Below are positions 18,360 through 29,117 of a DNA stretch of 64,000 nt, one piece after another. The DNA lies in assembly GCA_963718525.1 (NCBI GenBank), contig OY970355.1, forward strand, positions 832,001 to 896,000. Reading direction: 5' to 3'. The notes beneath the pieces were generated by a model that ran no database searches, had not been told where the DNA came from, and saw only the letters and a program-made list of their open reading frames with translations. The position numbers were made by a program, and so were the translations under genes. Source of the stretch: Candidatus Dormiibacterota bacterium. Lineage in GTDB: Bacteria > Chloroflexota > Dormibacteria > Aeolococcales > Aeolococcaceae. The first letter of the stretch is position 1. Each line of letters begins with the position of its first letter.

Positions 18360-21300
18360 ATGGCGGCCCAAGATCGATCCCCGTTCCTTGACGCGTTGCG
18401 CGAGCGCGTGCTCGTTTTCGACGGCGCGATGGGCACCAGCCTGCAGTCGGAAAACCCGGGTATCGACGATTTCGGCGGTGCCCGGCTGGAAGGCTGGATG
18501 GACGGCCTCGTGATCCATGCGCCGCAGATCGTGGAACGCGTGCATCGCAGTTTCCTCGACGCCGGCTGCGACGTCATCGAAACCTCCACCTTCCAGGCAA
18601 CGCGCCCTCGTCTCGAGGAGTGGGGACAGGCTGACGTCACCCGGGATCTGAATGTGTCGGCCGCGCGCCTTGCCCGCAACATCGCGGACGAATATGCTGC
18701 CGACGGCCGGCCGCGCTTCGTCGCCGGGAGCATGGGTCCGACCGGGTTCCTTCCGGCGTCGAGTGATCCGGCGATGAGCCGCCTCGGGTTCGCAGACCTG
18801 GTTCCGGCGTACCAGGAGCAGGCCGAAGCACTCATCGAGGGCGGAGCGGACCTGCTGATCATCGAGACGCAGCAGGACATTCTCGAGACGAAAGCCGCCA
18901 TCTTCGGGGCGCGTGCAGCAGCGGCGGCGGCCGGTCGAGCGGTGCCGATCATGACGACGGTGTCGCTCGACGTCACCGGCCGGATGCTGCTGGGAACCGA
19001 CGCCGCGGCGGTGCTCGCAATTCTCGAGTCCCTGCAGGTCGACGTCATCGGGTTCAACTGCTCGACGGGTCCCGAGCACATGCGCGAACCCATCCGCTAC
19101 ATCACGTCGCACACCTCGCTCCCCGTCGCGTGCATTCCCAACGCGGGGTTGCCCATCAACGTCGAGGGTCGCGCGCACTATCCGCTGGAACCGAAACCGA
19201 TGGCGACGGAGCTCGCGAGCTTTGTCAGCGAGTACGGTGTCAGCGTCGTCGGCGGTTGTTGCGGATCGACACCGGACCACATTCGCGAGCTGGTCGAGCA
19301 CGTCGGCGCAGCGTCGCGAGCTCGCGTGACACCGGACCTCGAGCCGCGCCTGGCGAGCAGCATGCACGCCATCGACCTGCGCCAGCAGCCCGCCCCCTTG
19401 CTCATCGGTGAGCGGGTCAACGCTCAGGGATCGCGCGCGATCAAGCGTCTCCTCCTGGCCGACGACTACGACGGCATCCTCGGCATCGCTCGCACGCAGG
19501 TGGAAGGTGGCGCCCATGCACTCGACCTGTGCGTCGCGGTCACCGAGCGCAGCGATGAGGCCGAGCAGATGCGGACGATCGTCAGGACGCTGCAGATGAG
19601 CATCGACGCGCCCCTGGTGATCGACAGCACCGACGCCGACGTCATCAAGGCGGCCCTCGAGGTGTATCCGGGTCGCGGCATCGTCAACAGCGTCAATCTC
19701 GAGAACGGCCGGGTCCGTTGCGATGCCGTGCTGCCGTCGGTGCGCGACCACGGCGCCTGCGTGATCGCGTTGACGATCGACGAGCAGGGCATGGCGCGCA
19801 CGGCGGAACGCAAGCTCGAGGTCGCACGCCGGATTCACGACCTGGCGCGTGACGACTTTGGGCTGGCTCCGGACCAGCTGATCTTCGATGCGCTCACGTT
19901 CACCCTGGCAACCGGTGAAGCCGAATGGATCAACTCGGCGCACGAGACCATCGAGGGCATCCGCGCCATCAAACGGGAGTTGCCCGGCGTGCTCACCGTC
20001 CTGGGTGTGTCCAACGTCTCATTCGGCCTTGCGCCGCACACGCGGCCGGTGCTGAACAGCGTTTTCCTGCACCACTGCGTCCTCGCCGGACTCGACGCCG
20101 CGATCATCAACCCGACACACGTCGTCCCCTATGGAGAGATCGATCCGCAGGCTCGTCGCCTCGCCGAGGAGCTGGTCTTCAACAGGACACCGGACGCGCT
20201 GACGCGGTTCATCGCGCATTTCGATGACGGTGCTTCGACGGGTGGCGCGGGCCTCTCGGAGACCGCGGATCCCTATGAGGGAATGTCAACCGTGGAGCGC
20301 ATCCACGCGCAGATCCTCCACCGGCGCAAGGATGGCATCGAGGAGCAGATCGACCTGGCATTGCGCGAGCTCGATGCGGTCACGGTGCTCAACACCGTGC
20401 TCCTGCCGGCGATGAAGGATGTCGGTGACCGGTTCGGTTCCGGCGAGCTCATCCTGCCCTTCGTGCTGCAGAGCGCCGAAGTGATGAAGCGAGCCGTAGC
20501 GCACCTCGAACAATACCTCGAGAAGCGTGAGGGATACACCAAGGGAAAGGTCGTGCTCGCGACCGTGTATGGCGATGTGCACGACATCGGCAAGAACCTC
20601 GTCAACACCATCCTCAGCAACAACGGCTACACCGTGTTCGACCTCGGCAAACAGGTGCCTCTCAACACCATCATCGACAAGGCGCTCGAGGTCGACGCCG
20701 ACGCCATCGGACTCTCGGCGCTGCTGGTGAGCACCAGCAAGCAGATGCCCGCGTGCGTCAAGGAGCTCGACGAACGTGGCCTCAGCTATCCACTGATCAT
20801 CGGTGGTGCGGCGATCAACCGCGGATTCGGTAGGCGCATCCTCTACATTGATCAGGAGCGTGCGTACGAGCCCGGAGTCTTCTACTGCAAGGACGCATTC
20901 GAAGGTCTGGAGACCATTGATCAGCTGCTCGACCCGGACCGTCACGACGCGCTGGTGACCCGTGTCCATGACGAAGCGCGCGTGCACCGCGTGCGTGAGC
21001 GCGAAAAGCTCGACCGTCGCAACGCCGCAGCCGCCGGAGCTGCCGCTGTGCTCGAGCGAAGCACCGTCCGGCGCAACGCTCCGATTCCGACGGTGCCGTT
21101 CTGGGGCTCGCGCGTACTTCGCGACATTCCCATCTGGGACGTCTACCCGTTCATCGATCGCAACTCCCTGTACAAGATGAGCTGGCAGTTCCGCGGTGTC
21201 CACGATCCCGTCAAGTGGGACGAGCTGCTGCGCAGCGAGCTCGAGCCGCGTCTCCAGCGATCCATGGAGGAGGCGGTGCGCGATGGCTGGCTCCAGCTCG

Positions 21301-21914
21301 AAGCGGTCTATGGATACTGGCCGGCGCTCGCCGACGGCGAGACCGTGATCGTCTACGACCCGGGCGACATCGACGCCGAGCTCGGACGTTTCACATTCCC
21401 GCGCCAGTCCGAACAGCATCGGCTCTGCCTCGCGGACTACATACGGCCCGCCGAGGATGCCGCCGACGGCGAGCGCGACGTCATCGCACTCCAGGTCGTG
21501 ACCACGGGGCCAGGCGCATCGGAGCTCTCCAATCGCCTGCAGGTCGACGGCTCGTACGACGACATGCTTCGCATCCACGGCTTCGCCACCCAGATGGCGG
21601 AAGCGACGGCGGAGTACGTCCACCACCGCATCCGCCGCGAGCTGCGCCTCGGCGAGGACCAGGGGCGGCGCTACTCATGGGGCTATCCGTCCTGCCCCGA
21701 CCTCGAAGACCATGAGACCTTGATGCGAATCGTCCCGGCGTCCGAGATCGGAGTGGCACTCACCGAGGGGTATCAGTTCGTGCCCGAGCAATCAACCGGC
21801 GCCATCGTGATGCACCACCCCGAGGCGAGGTACTTCGCCGTGTACGGCGGGGCTCCCGTCGAGGAAGACGCGCCGGGGGCTCCGGAGCCCGTGCTGACAA
21901 CCGTGGGCGCCTGA
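18360..21914 (+). CDS. metH: Cobalamin-dependent methionine synthase
   Basis: [54 protein letters not shown]. Confidence 0.97.
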   Translation: MAAQDRSPFLDALRERVLVFDGAMGTSLQSENPGIDDFGGARLEGWMDGLVIHAPQIVERVHRSFLDAGCDVIETSTFQATRPRLEEWGQADVTRDLNVSAARLARNIADEYAADGRPRFVAGSMGPTGFLPASSDPAMSRLGFADLVPAYQEQAEALIEGGADLLIIETQQDILETKAAIFGARAAAAAAGRAVPIMTTVSLDVTGRMLLGTDAAAVLAILESLQVDVIGFNCSTGPEHMREPIRYITSHTSLPVACIPNAGLPINVEGRAHYPLEPKPMATELASFVSEYGVSVVGGCCGSTPDHIRELVEHVGAASRARVTPDLEPRLASSMHAIDLRQQPAPLLIGERVNAQGSRAIKRLLLADDYDGILGIARTQVEGGAHALDLCVAVTERSDEAEQMRTIVRTLQMSIDAPLVIDSTDADVIKAALEVYPGRGIVNSVNLENGRVRCDAVLPSVRDHGACVIALTIDEQGMARTAERKLEVARRIHDLARDDFGLAPDQLIFDALTFTLATGEAEWINSAHETIEGIRAIKRELPGVLTVLGVSNVSFGLAPHTRPVLNSVFLHHCVLAGLDAAIINPTHVVPYGEIDPQARRLAEELVFNRTPDALTRFIAHFDDGASTGGAGLSETADPYEGMSTVERIHAQILHRRKDGIEEQIDLALRELDAVTVLNTVLLPAMKDVGDRFGSGELILPFVLQSAEVMKRAVAHLEQYLEKREGYTKGKVVLATVYGDVHDIGKNLVNTILSNNGYTVFDLGKQVPLNTIIDKALEVDADAIGLSALLVSTSKQMPACVKELDERGLSYPLIIGGAAINRGFGRRILYIDQERAYEPGVFYCKDAFEGLETIDQLLDPDRHDALVTRVHDEARVHRVREREKLDRRNAAAAGAAAVLERSTVRRNAPIPTVPFWGSRVLRDIPIWDVYPFIDRNSLYKMSWQFRGVHDPVKWDELLRSELEPRLQRSMEEAVRDGWLQLEAVYGYWPALADGETVIVYDPGDIDAELGRFTFPRQSEQHRLCLADYIRPAEDAADGERDVIALQVVTTGPGASELSNRLQVDGSYDDMLRIHGFATQMAEATAEYVHHRIRRELRLGEDQGRRYSWGYPSCPDLEDHETLMRIVPASEIGVALTEGYQFVPEQSTGAIVMHHPEARYFAVYGGAPVEEDAPGAPEPVLTTVGA

Positions 21915-21937
21915 GCCGGGAACGCGCAGCCGCACCC

Positions 21938-22231
21938 CTACTCGACGTAGCGCCGGATCCGATCGTCCTCCTCACCGTGCTCCGCCTGATAGAGCCCGCA
22001 CGACTCGGGCTCGGAGACGCACGGCGGCACGGGATGACGGCCGGTGAACTTGTGAGTCCGGCGGTCGACGTGGCAGTCAGCCTTGTAGCGGGTGAGCAGA
22101 CCGAACGGCCCGGCGCTTTCCTTGATGATCTGCTCGAGATACTGGCAGCGGCGACCGCGCGGGCGAGCCGGCGCCGACTGGCGCTGCGGCTCCGGCCGGC
22201 CACGAGACGGCGGCGGTGGTTCTGCTCGCAT
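21938..22231 (-). CDS. Small Cys/His-rich hypothetical protein
   Basis: Four Cys and several His in the C-terminal ~70 aa; TACACT -10-like hexamer upstream. Confidence 0.6.
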   Translation of the reverse strand: MRAEPPPPSRGRPEPQRQSAPARPRGRRCQYLEQIIKESAGPFGLLTRYKADCHVDRRTHKFTGRHPVPPCVSEPESCGLYQAEHGEEDDRIRRYVE

Positions 22232-22254
22232 CGACCCCCCGAGTGTAGAACTCC

Positions 22255-22620
22255 TTACGGGGCGAGCATCGACTGGATGCGCGAGGCGAGTTCCTTGATC
22301 TTGAAGGGCTTCGCGAGCGTCTGGACGTTCCCGTACGCCTCGAGCTTGGGGGCGGTGGACGCGTTCACCAGAGCGCTGACCACCAGCACCTTCGGATCGC
22401 TGCCGTGATCGGAGCGGATGCGCTCAAGGACCTGGGTCCCGGAGAGGTCGCCGGGGAGCATCAGGTCCAGCAGGACGAGGTCCGGCTGGAACTCGACGAA
22501 GGCAGCAAGTCCCTCATCGCCGCTCTTCGCCACCTTCACCTCGTAGCCCTCCATCGTGCAGAGCAGGGATTCGATGTCGGCGAGCGCGTAATAGTCCTCG
22601 ATGATCAGGACTTTCTTCAT
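22255..22620 (-). CDS. Single-domain response regulator (CheY-like)
   Basis: IIEDY, LLDLMLPG, VVSA, KPF; alternative start at 22644. Confidence 0.92.
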   Translation of the reverse strand: MKKVLIIEDYYALADIESLLCTMEGYEVKVAKSGDEGLAAFVEFQPDLVLLDLMLPGDLSGTQVLERIRSDHGSDPKVLVVSALVNASTAPKLEAYGNVQTLAKPFKIKELASRIQSMLAP

Positions 22621-22759
22621 GGCGGTACTCGTCGCTGGGCTCATGTGGGGTTCCGGCCGAATATAGCATGGGCATTTCGGGCGTCCCTCGGGGGTGTGAC
22701 CAACCCGTCACCCTGCAGCGCACCAACGGCACAGCGGCGCCACAGCGGCAGGTTGGAAG

Positions 22760-23926
22760 TCAGATCGAACGGTCGATCAGCGTCCCGGTGCCGAGACCAC
22801 CCCCGCAGCACATCGTCTGCAGACCGTACCTGCCGTCGCGCCGCTCCAGCTCGTGGAGCATCGTGGTCATGAGGCGCGCGCCGCTGGCCCCGAGTGGGTG
22901 CCCCAGGGCGATGGCGCCACCGTTGACGTTGACTCGATCCATGTCCGGATGGTGCTCCTGCGCCCACGCAAGCACCACCGGCGCGAACGCCTCGTTTACC
23001 TCGAAGAGGTCGATGTCGCGGATCTTCAGACCGGACCTCTCCAGCAGCTTTGTGGTCGCCGGGATCGGTCCGGTGAGCATCGTCACGGGGTCGACGCCGA
23101 CGACGGCCTGGGCTGCGATGCGGGCGCGCGGGGTGATTCCGAGCGCCATGGCGCGCTCCAGCGACATCAGCAGAACGGCCGCTGCCCCATCGGTGATCTG
23201 CGAGCTGTTGCCGGCATGCAGGATGCCGTCCGGCTTGAACGCGGGGGGCAGGGCGGCGAGCAACTCGGCCGTGGTGTCCGGACGGATGCCCTGGTCCTGA
23301 CTGATCACCCTGCCGTCGCCGTTGGCGCCGACAACCACGGGAGCGATCTCGCGGTCGAACCGGCCGTTGGCCTGAGCCTCGCCGGCACGCTGCTGCGACC
23401 GTGCCGCGAATTCGTCGGCCTGCTCGCGGGTGATGTGCCACATCTGCGCGATCATCTCGGCGGAGAGCCCCTGGGGCACGAGGTCGTAGACCTCGAGCAG
23501 CTCGGGAGGGAAGGGCGTTCCTGGACCCTGAAGAACTGTCGTTCCCATCGGCACCCGGCTCATGCTCTCGACGCCGGCGGCGATGGTGATGTCGCACACG
23601 CCTGACTGGATGAGGTTGGCGGCAAAGAGGATCGCCTGCTGCGACGAGCCGCACTGACGGTCGACGGTGGTGGCGGGCACCTCGATGGGAAACCCTGCGG
23701 CGAGGACCGCCTGGCGCCCGATGTTCACCGCCTGCTCACCGGTCTGGCTGACACAACCAAAGATGACGTCATCGATCATCGCGGGATCGATGCCGGCGCG
23801 GCCGGTCACCTCACGAAGCACGTGCGCCGCAAGGAGCACGGGATGCACATCGCGAAGATCGCCGTTGCGCTGGTTGCCCCGGCCCATCGGGGTTCGCACC
23901 GCTTCGATGATCACAACGTCAGTCAT
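22760..23926 (-). CDS. Thiolase (acetyl-CoA C-acyltransferase)
   Basis: RTPMG, DRQCGSS, NSSQITDGAAA, NEAFA, NGGAIALGHPLGASG, MCCGGG. Confidence 0.95.
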   Translation of the reverse strand: MTDVVIIEAVRTPMGRGNQRNGDLRDVHPVLLAAHVLREVTGRAGIDPAMIDDVIFGCVSQTGEQAVNIGRQAVLAAGFPIEVPATTVDRQCGSSQQAILFAANLIQSGVCDITIAAGVESMSRVPMGTTVLQGPGTPFPPELLEVYDLVPQGLSAEMIAQMWHITREQADEFAARSQQRAGEAQANGRFDREIAPVVVGANGDGRVISQDQGIRPDTTAELLAALPPAFKPDGILHAGNSSQITDGAAAVLLMSLERAMALGITPRARIAAQAVVGVDPVTMLTGPIPATTKLLERSGLKIRDIDLFEVNEAFAPVVLAWAQEHHPDMDRVNVNGGAIALGHPLGASGARLMTTMLHELERRDGRYGLQTMCCGGGLGTGTLIDRSI

Positions 23927-23976
23927 GGTTCCACCTTCATTTGTTCGGGCCGCCAACCTTAGCAGCGGGTACCACA

Positions 23977-25569
23977 TCATCCGTCGAAGCGATACACGGC
24001 CTCGAGAACCGGCCGCGGCGCGGACGCGTCCAGCGCGTTTGCAGGCCCGCGCTCGGCGGCGACCAGCGTCCATCCGGTCGGCGGCATGGGGTCACCTTGC
24101 GTCAGCACGATCACGTCGCCCGTCGCCGGATGGCTCGCGAACACAGCGGCCGCAGCGATCTCCTGCATCCCCAGCGCAGCCAGCCCGGGAGTTGCGTCGT
24201 CGGTCTGCTCCTGGCGTGGTGGCGGCGGCAGGAGTGCGAAGAAGGCCTCGATGTACGGCTGGTCGAGGTTGTCGGAGAGATACACGCGATGCGAGCCCGC
24301 GGCCGCGTGCGCGGCGGTGATGGCTGCGACCTCGCCCGTGTCGAAGAACGGCGCGGCTCGGTACGGATACGCCGCGTAGAGGTCCACTGTGAAGAAGACC
24401 GCCTGGGCCGCCAGGCCCGCACCGAGCACGCCGGCGACGGTGCGGCCCTCGACGATGCGGCCGACGAGCGCGGTCCGGATCCGGTCGGCTCCCAGAACGG
24501 CCAGGATCACCAGCAACGGGAGCATCCCCGACGAACGCAGTGCATGCGGAGTCCCGTTGTTGGTCAGCGCTGCGGGCAGTGGAGCTAGCAGGAGGCACGC
24601 GACGACGAACCGGATATAGGGCTCGCGGCGGCGCTCCCAGCAGGCGATGATCCCCGCGATCAGCAGCGGGGCCATGGCCCAGAGCAGCATCCCGCCGATC
24701 TCGGTGTTCTGACGAGGGTTCGCGTCGCCCTGGAGGAACAGGAAGCTCGGGGTGAAGTAGGAGACGTAGTTGGCGACCAAGCGTCCGATCACCACCCCGA
24801 TGGGCGCTCCGTCCGACCAGATGCTGATCATCGAGAACCGGCCGGTGAGGGAGCCTGGGTTGAGCAGGTCGTAGATCGCGAGCACGACGTACCCCGCACC
24901 GATCGGGACGAGCGCACGCCACCAGCCCGGAGTACGCGCGATGCCCCAGGCGACCGCCAGTGCAATCGCGATCAGGAGGACCTCGAGCCTCGCGGTCGTG
25001 TATCCGTAGATGGACACCGCGAGCAACACCCCGGCGATCCCGAACTGGCGTGACGTCGGCGCCCGGCTCGACAGGCACCAGAGCGCCGCAGCAAGCAGCG
25101 CAACCCACGAGATCGTCTCGAAGCCCACCCGGCTTTCGATCACCAGCCATGGCGTGAACCCCGTCAGCGCCAGCGCGCCGAGCGTGATGAGGCGTGAACC
25201 GGTCAGCCGCCAGGCGGCTGCCGTCAGGAATCCCACCACCACGAGACCGAGGAGCGCCGCCGGGAACCGTTCCACCGCGACCGTGAGTGGCAGGAACCGC
25301 ACCAGCGCTGCCACCGCATAGACATAGATCGGGTTCTTGTATTCGCCAAACGCCTCGAAGAAGAGTGGGAGGTGGATTCCGTGTTCGTCGACGCCGTAGT
25401 GGGCGATCGTCCACGCGTTGTAGCCGATCGATGCCTCGTCGACGTAGAGCCCGGGCGGCGACGCGGAAAGATCGATGAGGTTGCGGGCAACCACGAGCAG
25501 GGCGCCGACGGCGATCGCGCCGGCCCAGAGCCGGCGGTGGAGGCGGGCTGCCTCCGGCTCAGCCTTCAC
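23977..25569 (-). CDS. ArnT/PMT-family (GT-C) glycosyltransferase
   Basis: PPGLYVDEASIGYNAW..GVDEHG..PLFFEAFGEYKNP; many TMs; FLFLQGDANPR; GTG overlapping upstream stop. Confidence 0.85.
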   Translation of the reverse strand: MKAEPEAARLHRRLWAGAIAVGALLVVARNLIDLSASPPGLYVDEASIGYNAWTIAHYGVDEHGIHLPLFFEAFGEYKNPIYVYAVAALVRFLPLTVAVERFPAALLGLVVVGFLTAAAWRLTGSRLITLGALALTGFTPWLVIESRVGFETISWVALLAAALWCLSSRAPTSRQFGIAGVLLAVSIYGYTTARLEVLLIAIALAVAWGIARTPGWWRALVPIGAGYVVLAIYDLLNPGSLTGRFSMISIWSDGAPIGVVIGRLVANYVSYFTPSFLFLQGDANPRQNTEIGGMLLWAMAPLLIAGIIACWERRREPYIRFVVACLLLAPLPAALTNNGTPHALRSSGMLPLLVILAVLGADRIRTALVGRIVEGRTVAGVLGAGLAAQAVFFTVDLYAAYPYRAAPFFDTGEVAAITAAHAAAGSHRVYLSDNLDQPYIEAFFALLPPPPRQEQTDDATPGLAALGMQEIAAAAVFASHPATGDVIVLTQGDPMPPTGWTLVAAERGPANALDASAPRPVLEAVYRFDG

Positions 25570-26288
25570 GCACGCGCGGCGGCGACGAAGTCGGAGAAGA
25601 GCCGGCGCGCCCAGTCGCGCTCGACATAGAGCTCCTCGGGGTGGCACTGGAGTCCGACGACGAATCGACGCCCCGGATGCTCGACCGCCTCGACGAGCCC
25701 ATCGTGCGCACGCGCCGTCACCACGAGGTCGCGGCCGAGGTCGCGCAGGGCCTGGTGATGCATGCTGTTCACGTCGACGAGATGGGACCCGGCAATGGAG
25801 TGCAGCCGCAACTCCGGGATCACGTCGATGTTGTGGGTGAGCTCTTGCCGCGAGCCGTCCTGGGAGTGGTTGTGCTCGGTCGCGCCCTGCGTGCCGACGT
25901 CCTGCCAGAGAGTCCCACCGAGCGCGACATTGAGCACCTGTGCCCCCCGGCAGATCGCCAGCACCGGCTTGTCGGTTTCGAGTGCCCACTGGGCGAGCAG
26001 CATCTCGGCGCGGTCGAGCTCGCTGTCCACCTCGACCGCGCAGTCCGCACGGGTCTCCTCGCCATACAGCGCCGGCTCGACATCGGGACCGCCGGGAAGG
26101 CACAGACCGTCGCAAAGGTCGAAGAGCTCGCGCAGATGCGGCTCGGACAGCGATGAGCTGATCCCCACCGGCGTCGCGCCCGCGCCCTCCAGCGCGTCGA
26201 AATACGCGCGGTTGCGCGCGAGATCCGCGGGGAGTCCCTTCTCGTGCAGCACCCGCAAGGTGATGCCGATCAGCGCTGATCGAGTCAT
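25566..26288 (-). CDS. Peptidase C26 / gamma-glutamyl-GABA hydrolase family (PuuD-like)
   Basis: GGPDVEP, AICRG, GGTLWQD, VNSMHHQ, QCHPE. Confidence 0.92.
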   Translation of the reverse strand: MTRSALIGITLRVLHEKGLPADLARNRAYFDALEGAGATPVGISSSLSEPHLRELFDLCDGLCLPGGPDVEPALYGEETRADCAVEVDSELDRAEMLLAQWALETDKPVLAICRGAQVLNVALGGTLWQDVGTQGATEHNHSQDGSRQELTHNIDVIPELRLHSIAGSHLVDVNSMHHQALRDLGRDLVVTARAHDGLVEAVEHPGRRFVVGLQCHPEELYVERDWARRLFSDFVAAARA

Positions 26289-26310
26289 GGCACGGCTCTT
26301 CCCGATGTGT

Positions 26311-27636
26311 CTAGGACGTGAAGCTGAAACGACCGATGTGCAGCCACGGTGACAGTACCCCGGATTCGCCCTCGCCGAGCTCGAGACGCCGCTCGCGGCT
26401 CACCTGGACCACATCAGCAAGCGCCTCGACGATGCTCTGCGTGAACCGGAGGTCCTTGACAGGGCGGGTGATGCTGCCATTCTCGATGAGAAATGTCCCC
26501 TCGCGGGTCATCCCTGTGATCACGGTGCGCAGCGGATGCACGTCGCGCACGTACCAGAACCTCGTGATGTAGAGGCCCCGCGATACCGAGCCGACCATGT
26601 CCTGCCACGGGGTGTCGCCGGCGTCCATGGCGACGTGACGCGGGAGCGGTCCCCACGTATTGGGTTGGGGAAGCGAATGACCCGTTGAGGCGACGCCGTC
26701 GTGCAGCGCGGTCGGGGTGTCGTAGACCACTGCAGCACACGCGCCACGGTCGATCATCGTCACCCGCTGCGTGGACACCCCCTCGTCGTCGAAGGGGAAG
26801 GGGAAGATGTCGTTCGTCGTCGCGTCGTCGGAGATGGTGATCTTCTCGCTCATGAGCTTCTTGCCGAGATGCATGAAGCTCCGATGCTCCTGCACGGCCA
26901 GGGCGCTGAATCCAACCCACGCGAGATGTTCGAGGAGATCGGTGACGGCGTACGGGGACAGCACGACCTCGTAGTCACCCGGGCCGATCGGCGTTGCGCC
27001 CTGGTCGCGTTCGCAGGTGTCCACGACCTCCGCCGCGAGACCGCCCACATCGAGCGCGTCGATGGCCGCCGAGTGCCGGGACGCATAGCCGGCGCCGTCC
27101 TCGCCACGCACGACTGACACCAGGCTAGCCTGGGTCGAGGTCGCCGACCTGCGGACCCCGGCGCTGTTGACGACCGCCGTCGTGGTGGTCGTCGTGCTCA
27201 GTGCTCCATATGCCTGCAGGTGGTGGGCGCCGGCGGCTCCGGTGATCTTCGAGACAAGTTCAGCACGATCCTGCGGCGTGGCCGCGTCGGTCGCCGGCGA
27301 ATAGGCGACGAGCTCGTCGCCGGCGCTCGCCGTGGGTCTGGGCAGTGGTGAGACGTCCAACTCGGCGGTCACACGCCGGGAATCCTCAGCTGCCGCGAAT
27401 GCCAGCGCGACGGCGCCATCGCCGTGACCGCGCACCTCTCCGACGCCGGTGCGGCCGGCCTCGATCAGCCTCACCCTGATGTGGCGGAAGCGCTCGCCGA
27501 CGCTCTGATGGATCTCGTTGCCGGCAAATCGGGTCAGCTCACTCCGCGAGTCGGTGATGACCACCTCGGCCTCGCCGCGCTCGAGCGAGGCCAGTGCCCC
27601 GTCACCGATGCCGAGCAACTCGTCACTGTCGCTCAT
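26311..27636 (-). CDS. TldE/PmbA family protein
   Basis: TRFAGNEIHQ, FDDEG, STGH, TGMTREGTFLIENG, LRFTQS; no HExxH. Confidence 0.9.
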   Translation of the reverse strand: MSDSDELLGIGDGALASLERGEAEVVITDSRSELTRFAGNEIHQSVGERFRHIRVRLIEAGRTGVGEVRGHGDGAVALAFAAAEDSRRVTAELDVSPLPRPTASAGDELVAYSPATDAATPQDRAELVSKITGAAGAHHLQAYGALSTTTTTTAVVNSAGVRRSATSTQASLVSVVRGEDGAGYASRHSAAIDALDVGGLAAEVVDTCERDQGATPIGPGDYEVVLSPYAVTDLLEHLAWVGFSALAVQEHRSFMHLGKKLMSEKITISDDATTNDIFPFPFDDEGVSTQRVTMIDRGACAAVVYDTPTALHDGVASTGHSLPQPNTWGPLPRHVAMDAGDTPWQDMVGSVSRGLYITRFWYVRDVHPLRTVITGMTREGTFLIENGSITRPVKDLRFTQSIVEALADVVQVSRERRLELGEGESGVLSPWLHIGRFSFTS

Positions 27637-29075
27637 CGCGACGGCTCCACGCGCACATTGCGGAAGCGGCATGGCGCCGCGCCGTGGCCGACGTGCATAG
27701 ACTGCGGTGGCTGGCCCTTGCCGCAGTTCACGACGCCATACATCTCCCATTCCGACGGACCCGACACCGCGTCGCACGATCCCCAGAACTCGGGCGTCTG
27801 ACCGCTGTAGATCGGGTTGCGCACCAGCCTGGTGCGCTTGCCGTTGATGATCTCCCAGCCGTTCTGAGTCCCGAACTGGAAGTTGAGGCGGCGATCGTCG
27901 ATGCTCCAGGACCGGTTGGTCTCGAGATACACCCCGTGCTCGGTGGTGGCGATCATCTCCTCGAGACTCGAGGTTCCCGGCTCCAGATTGATGTTGGTCA
28001 TGCGGATGATCGGCAGCCTCGACCACCCGTCCGCGCGCATGGCGCCGTTGCTCACCCGGCCGATCGCTGCCGCAGTCTCGCGAGAGGAGAGATAGCCGGT
28101 GAAGATGCCCTGGTCGACAAGCACCGTGCGCTGTGCGGCCACGCCCTCGTCATCCCAGCCGAAGGTGCCGAGCCCCGGCGCGCGCGTGGAGTCCGCGGTC
28201 ATGGTCACGTGCTCGCTCCCGTAGCGGAACGACCCGAGCAGGTCAGGCGTCAGGAATGACGTTCCCGCGTACGCGGCCTCGTGTCCGAGCACTCGGTCGA
28301 GCTCCGTGGGATGGCCACATGATTCGTGCACCTGAAGGGCGGCCTGGGTGGCGTCGAGGATGACCGTCATGGTCCCCGCCGGGCACTGAGCGGCGGTCAG
28401 CAGGGCCACCGCCTCCTCGGCGATCCGCCCGGCGTTCCCGGGAAGGTCGAAGGCCTCGACCGCCTCCCATCCGGCGCAGACCTGATGGCGGCCGAAGCTG
28501 TTCGGGAAGCTCCGCGTCTGCACCTCGTCATCGCTGGTGGCGGTGGCGTCGAGGCCCCCGCCGGATTCGATGATTATCTGGTCGAGCAGCGCCCCCTCCG
28601 TACCCGCGAAATGTCGCTGCTCGCGCACGAATTCGAGCGAGCACTCGCGGACGCGGATCTGGGGCAGGTGGGACATCGCCTCGTCGGTTCGGAGCAGCAG
28701 CTCCACCTTGTCGTCGAGGGAGACGCCGAATGGGTCGCGGATGACCGGCGTGCGGAACTCGCCCATGAGCGTCGGCGCGGGAGCGAGACGCACAGGGGTG
28801 CGATTGACCCGCGATGAGGCTTTGGCGATGTCAACCGCGTGTCGCGCGGCCTCCTCAATGCTCCGAGCGCTCAGATCGTCGACGCCGGCGAATCCCCACG
28901 ACCCGCCGGCGATGACCCGGATGCCGATCCCCTCGTCCTCGTAGAGCTCGACGGAAGCGACCACACCGTTCTTGACGCTGATCCGCTGGACCGTGCGATT
29001 GATAACTCGGCAATCGGCATAGGACGCGCCCGCGGCGGTCGCCGCATCGAGCGCTCGTTCGCTGAGATCACGCAC
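27633..29075 (-). CDS. tldD: TldD metalloprotease
   Basis: HESCGHPTELDR, DDEG, PIIRMTN, NCGKGQP. Confidence 0.92.
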   Translation of the reverse strand: MRDLSERALDAATAAGASYADCRVINRTVQRISVKNGVVASVELYEDEGIGIRVIAGGSWGFAGVDDLSARSIEEAARHAVDIAKASSRVNRTPVRLAPAPTLMGEFRTPVIRDPFGVSLDDKVELLLRTDEAMSHLPQIRVRECSLEFVREQRHFAGTEGALLDQIIIESGGGLDATATSDDEVQTRSFPNSFGRHQVCAGWEAVEAFDLPGNAGRIAEEAVALLTAAQCPAGTMTVILDATQAALQVHESCGHPTELDRVLGHEAAYAGTSFLTPDLLGSFRYGSEHVTMTADSTRAPGLGTFGWDDEGVAAQRTVLVDQGIFTGYLSSRETAAAIGRVSNGAMRADGWSRLPIIRMTNINLEPGTSSLEEMIATTEHGVYLETNRSWSIDDRRLNFQFGTQNGWEIINGKRTRLVRNPIYSGQTPEFWGSCDAVSGPSEWEMYGVVNCGKGQPPQSMHVGHGAAPCRFRNVRVEPSR

Positions 29076-29117
29076 GAGGCCGGAGTATACGGGCCGTCGC
29101 ACCGGCGAACGTTCGGA

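Noticed and set aside
17961-21626. Very long antisense ORFs over metH (and similar ones over accC, purD, dnaB and the DEAD helicase)
   Set aside because: Expected stop-poor shadow frames in high-GC DNA; no recognisable motifs
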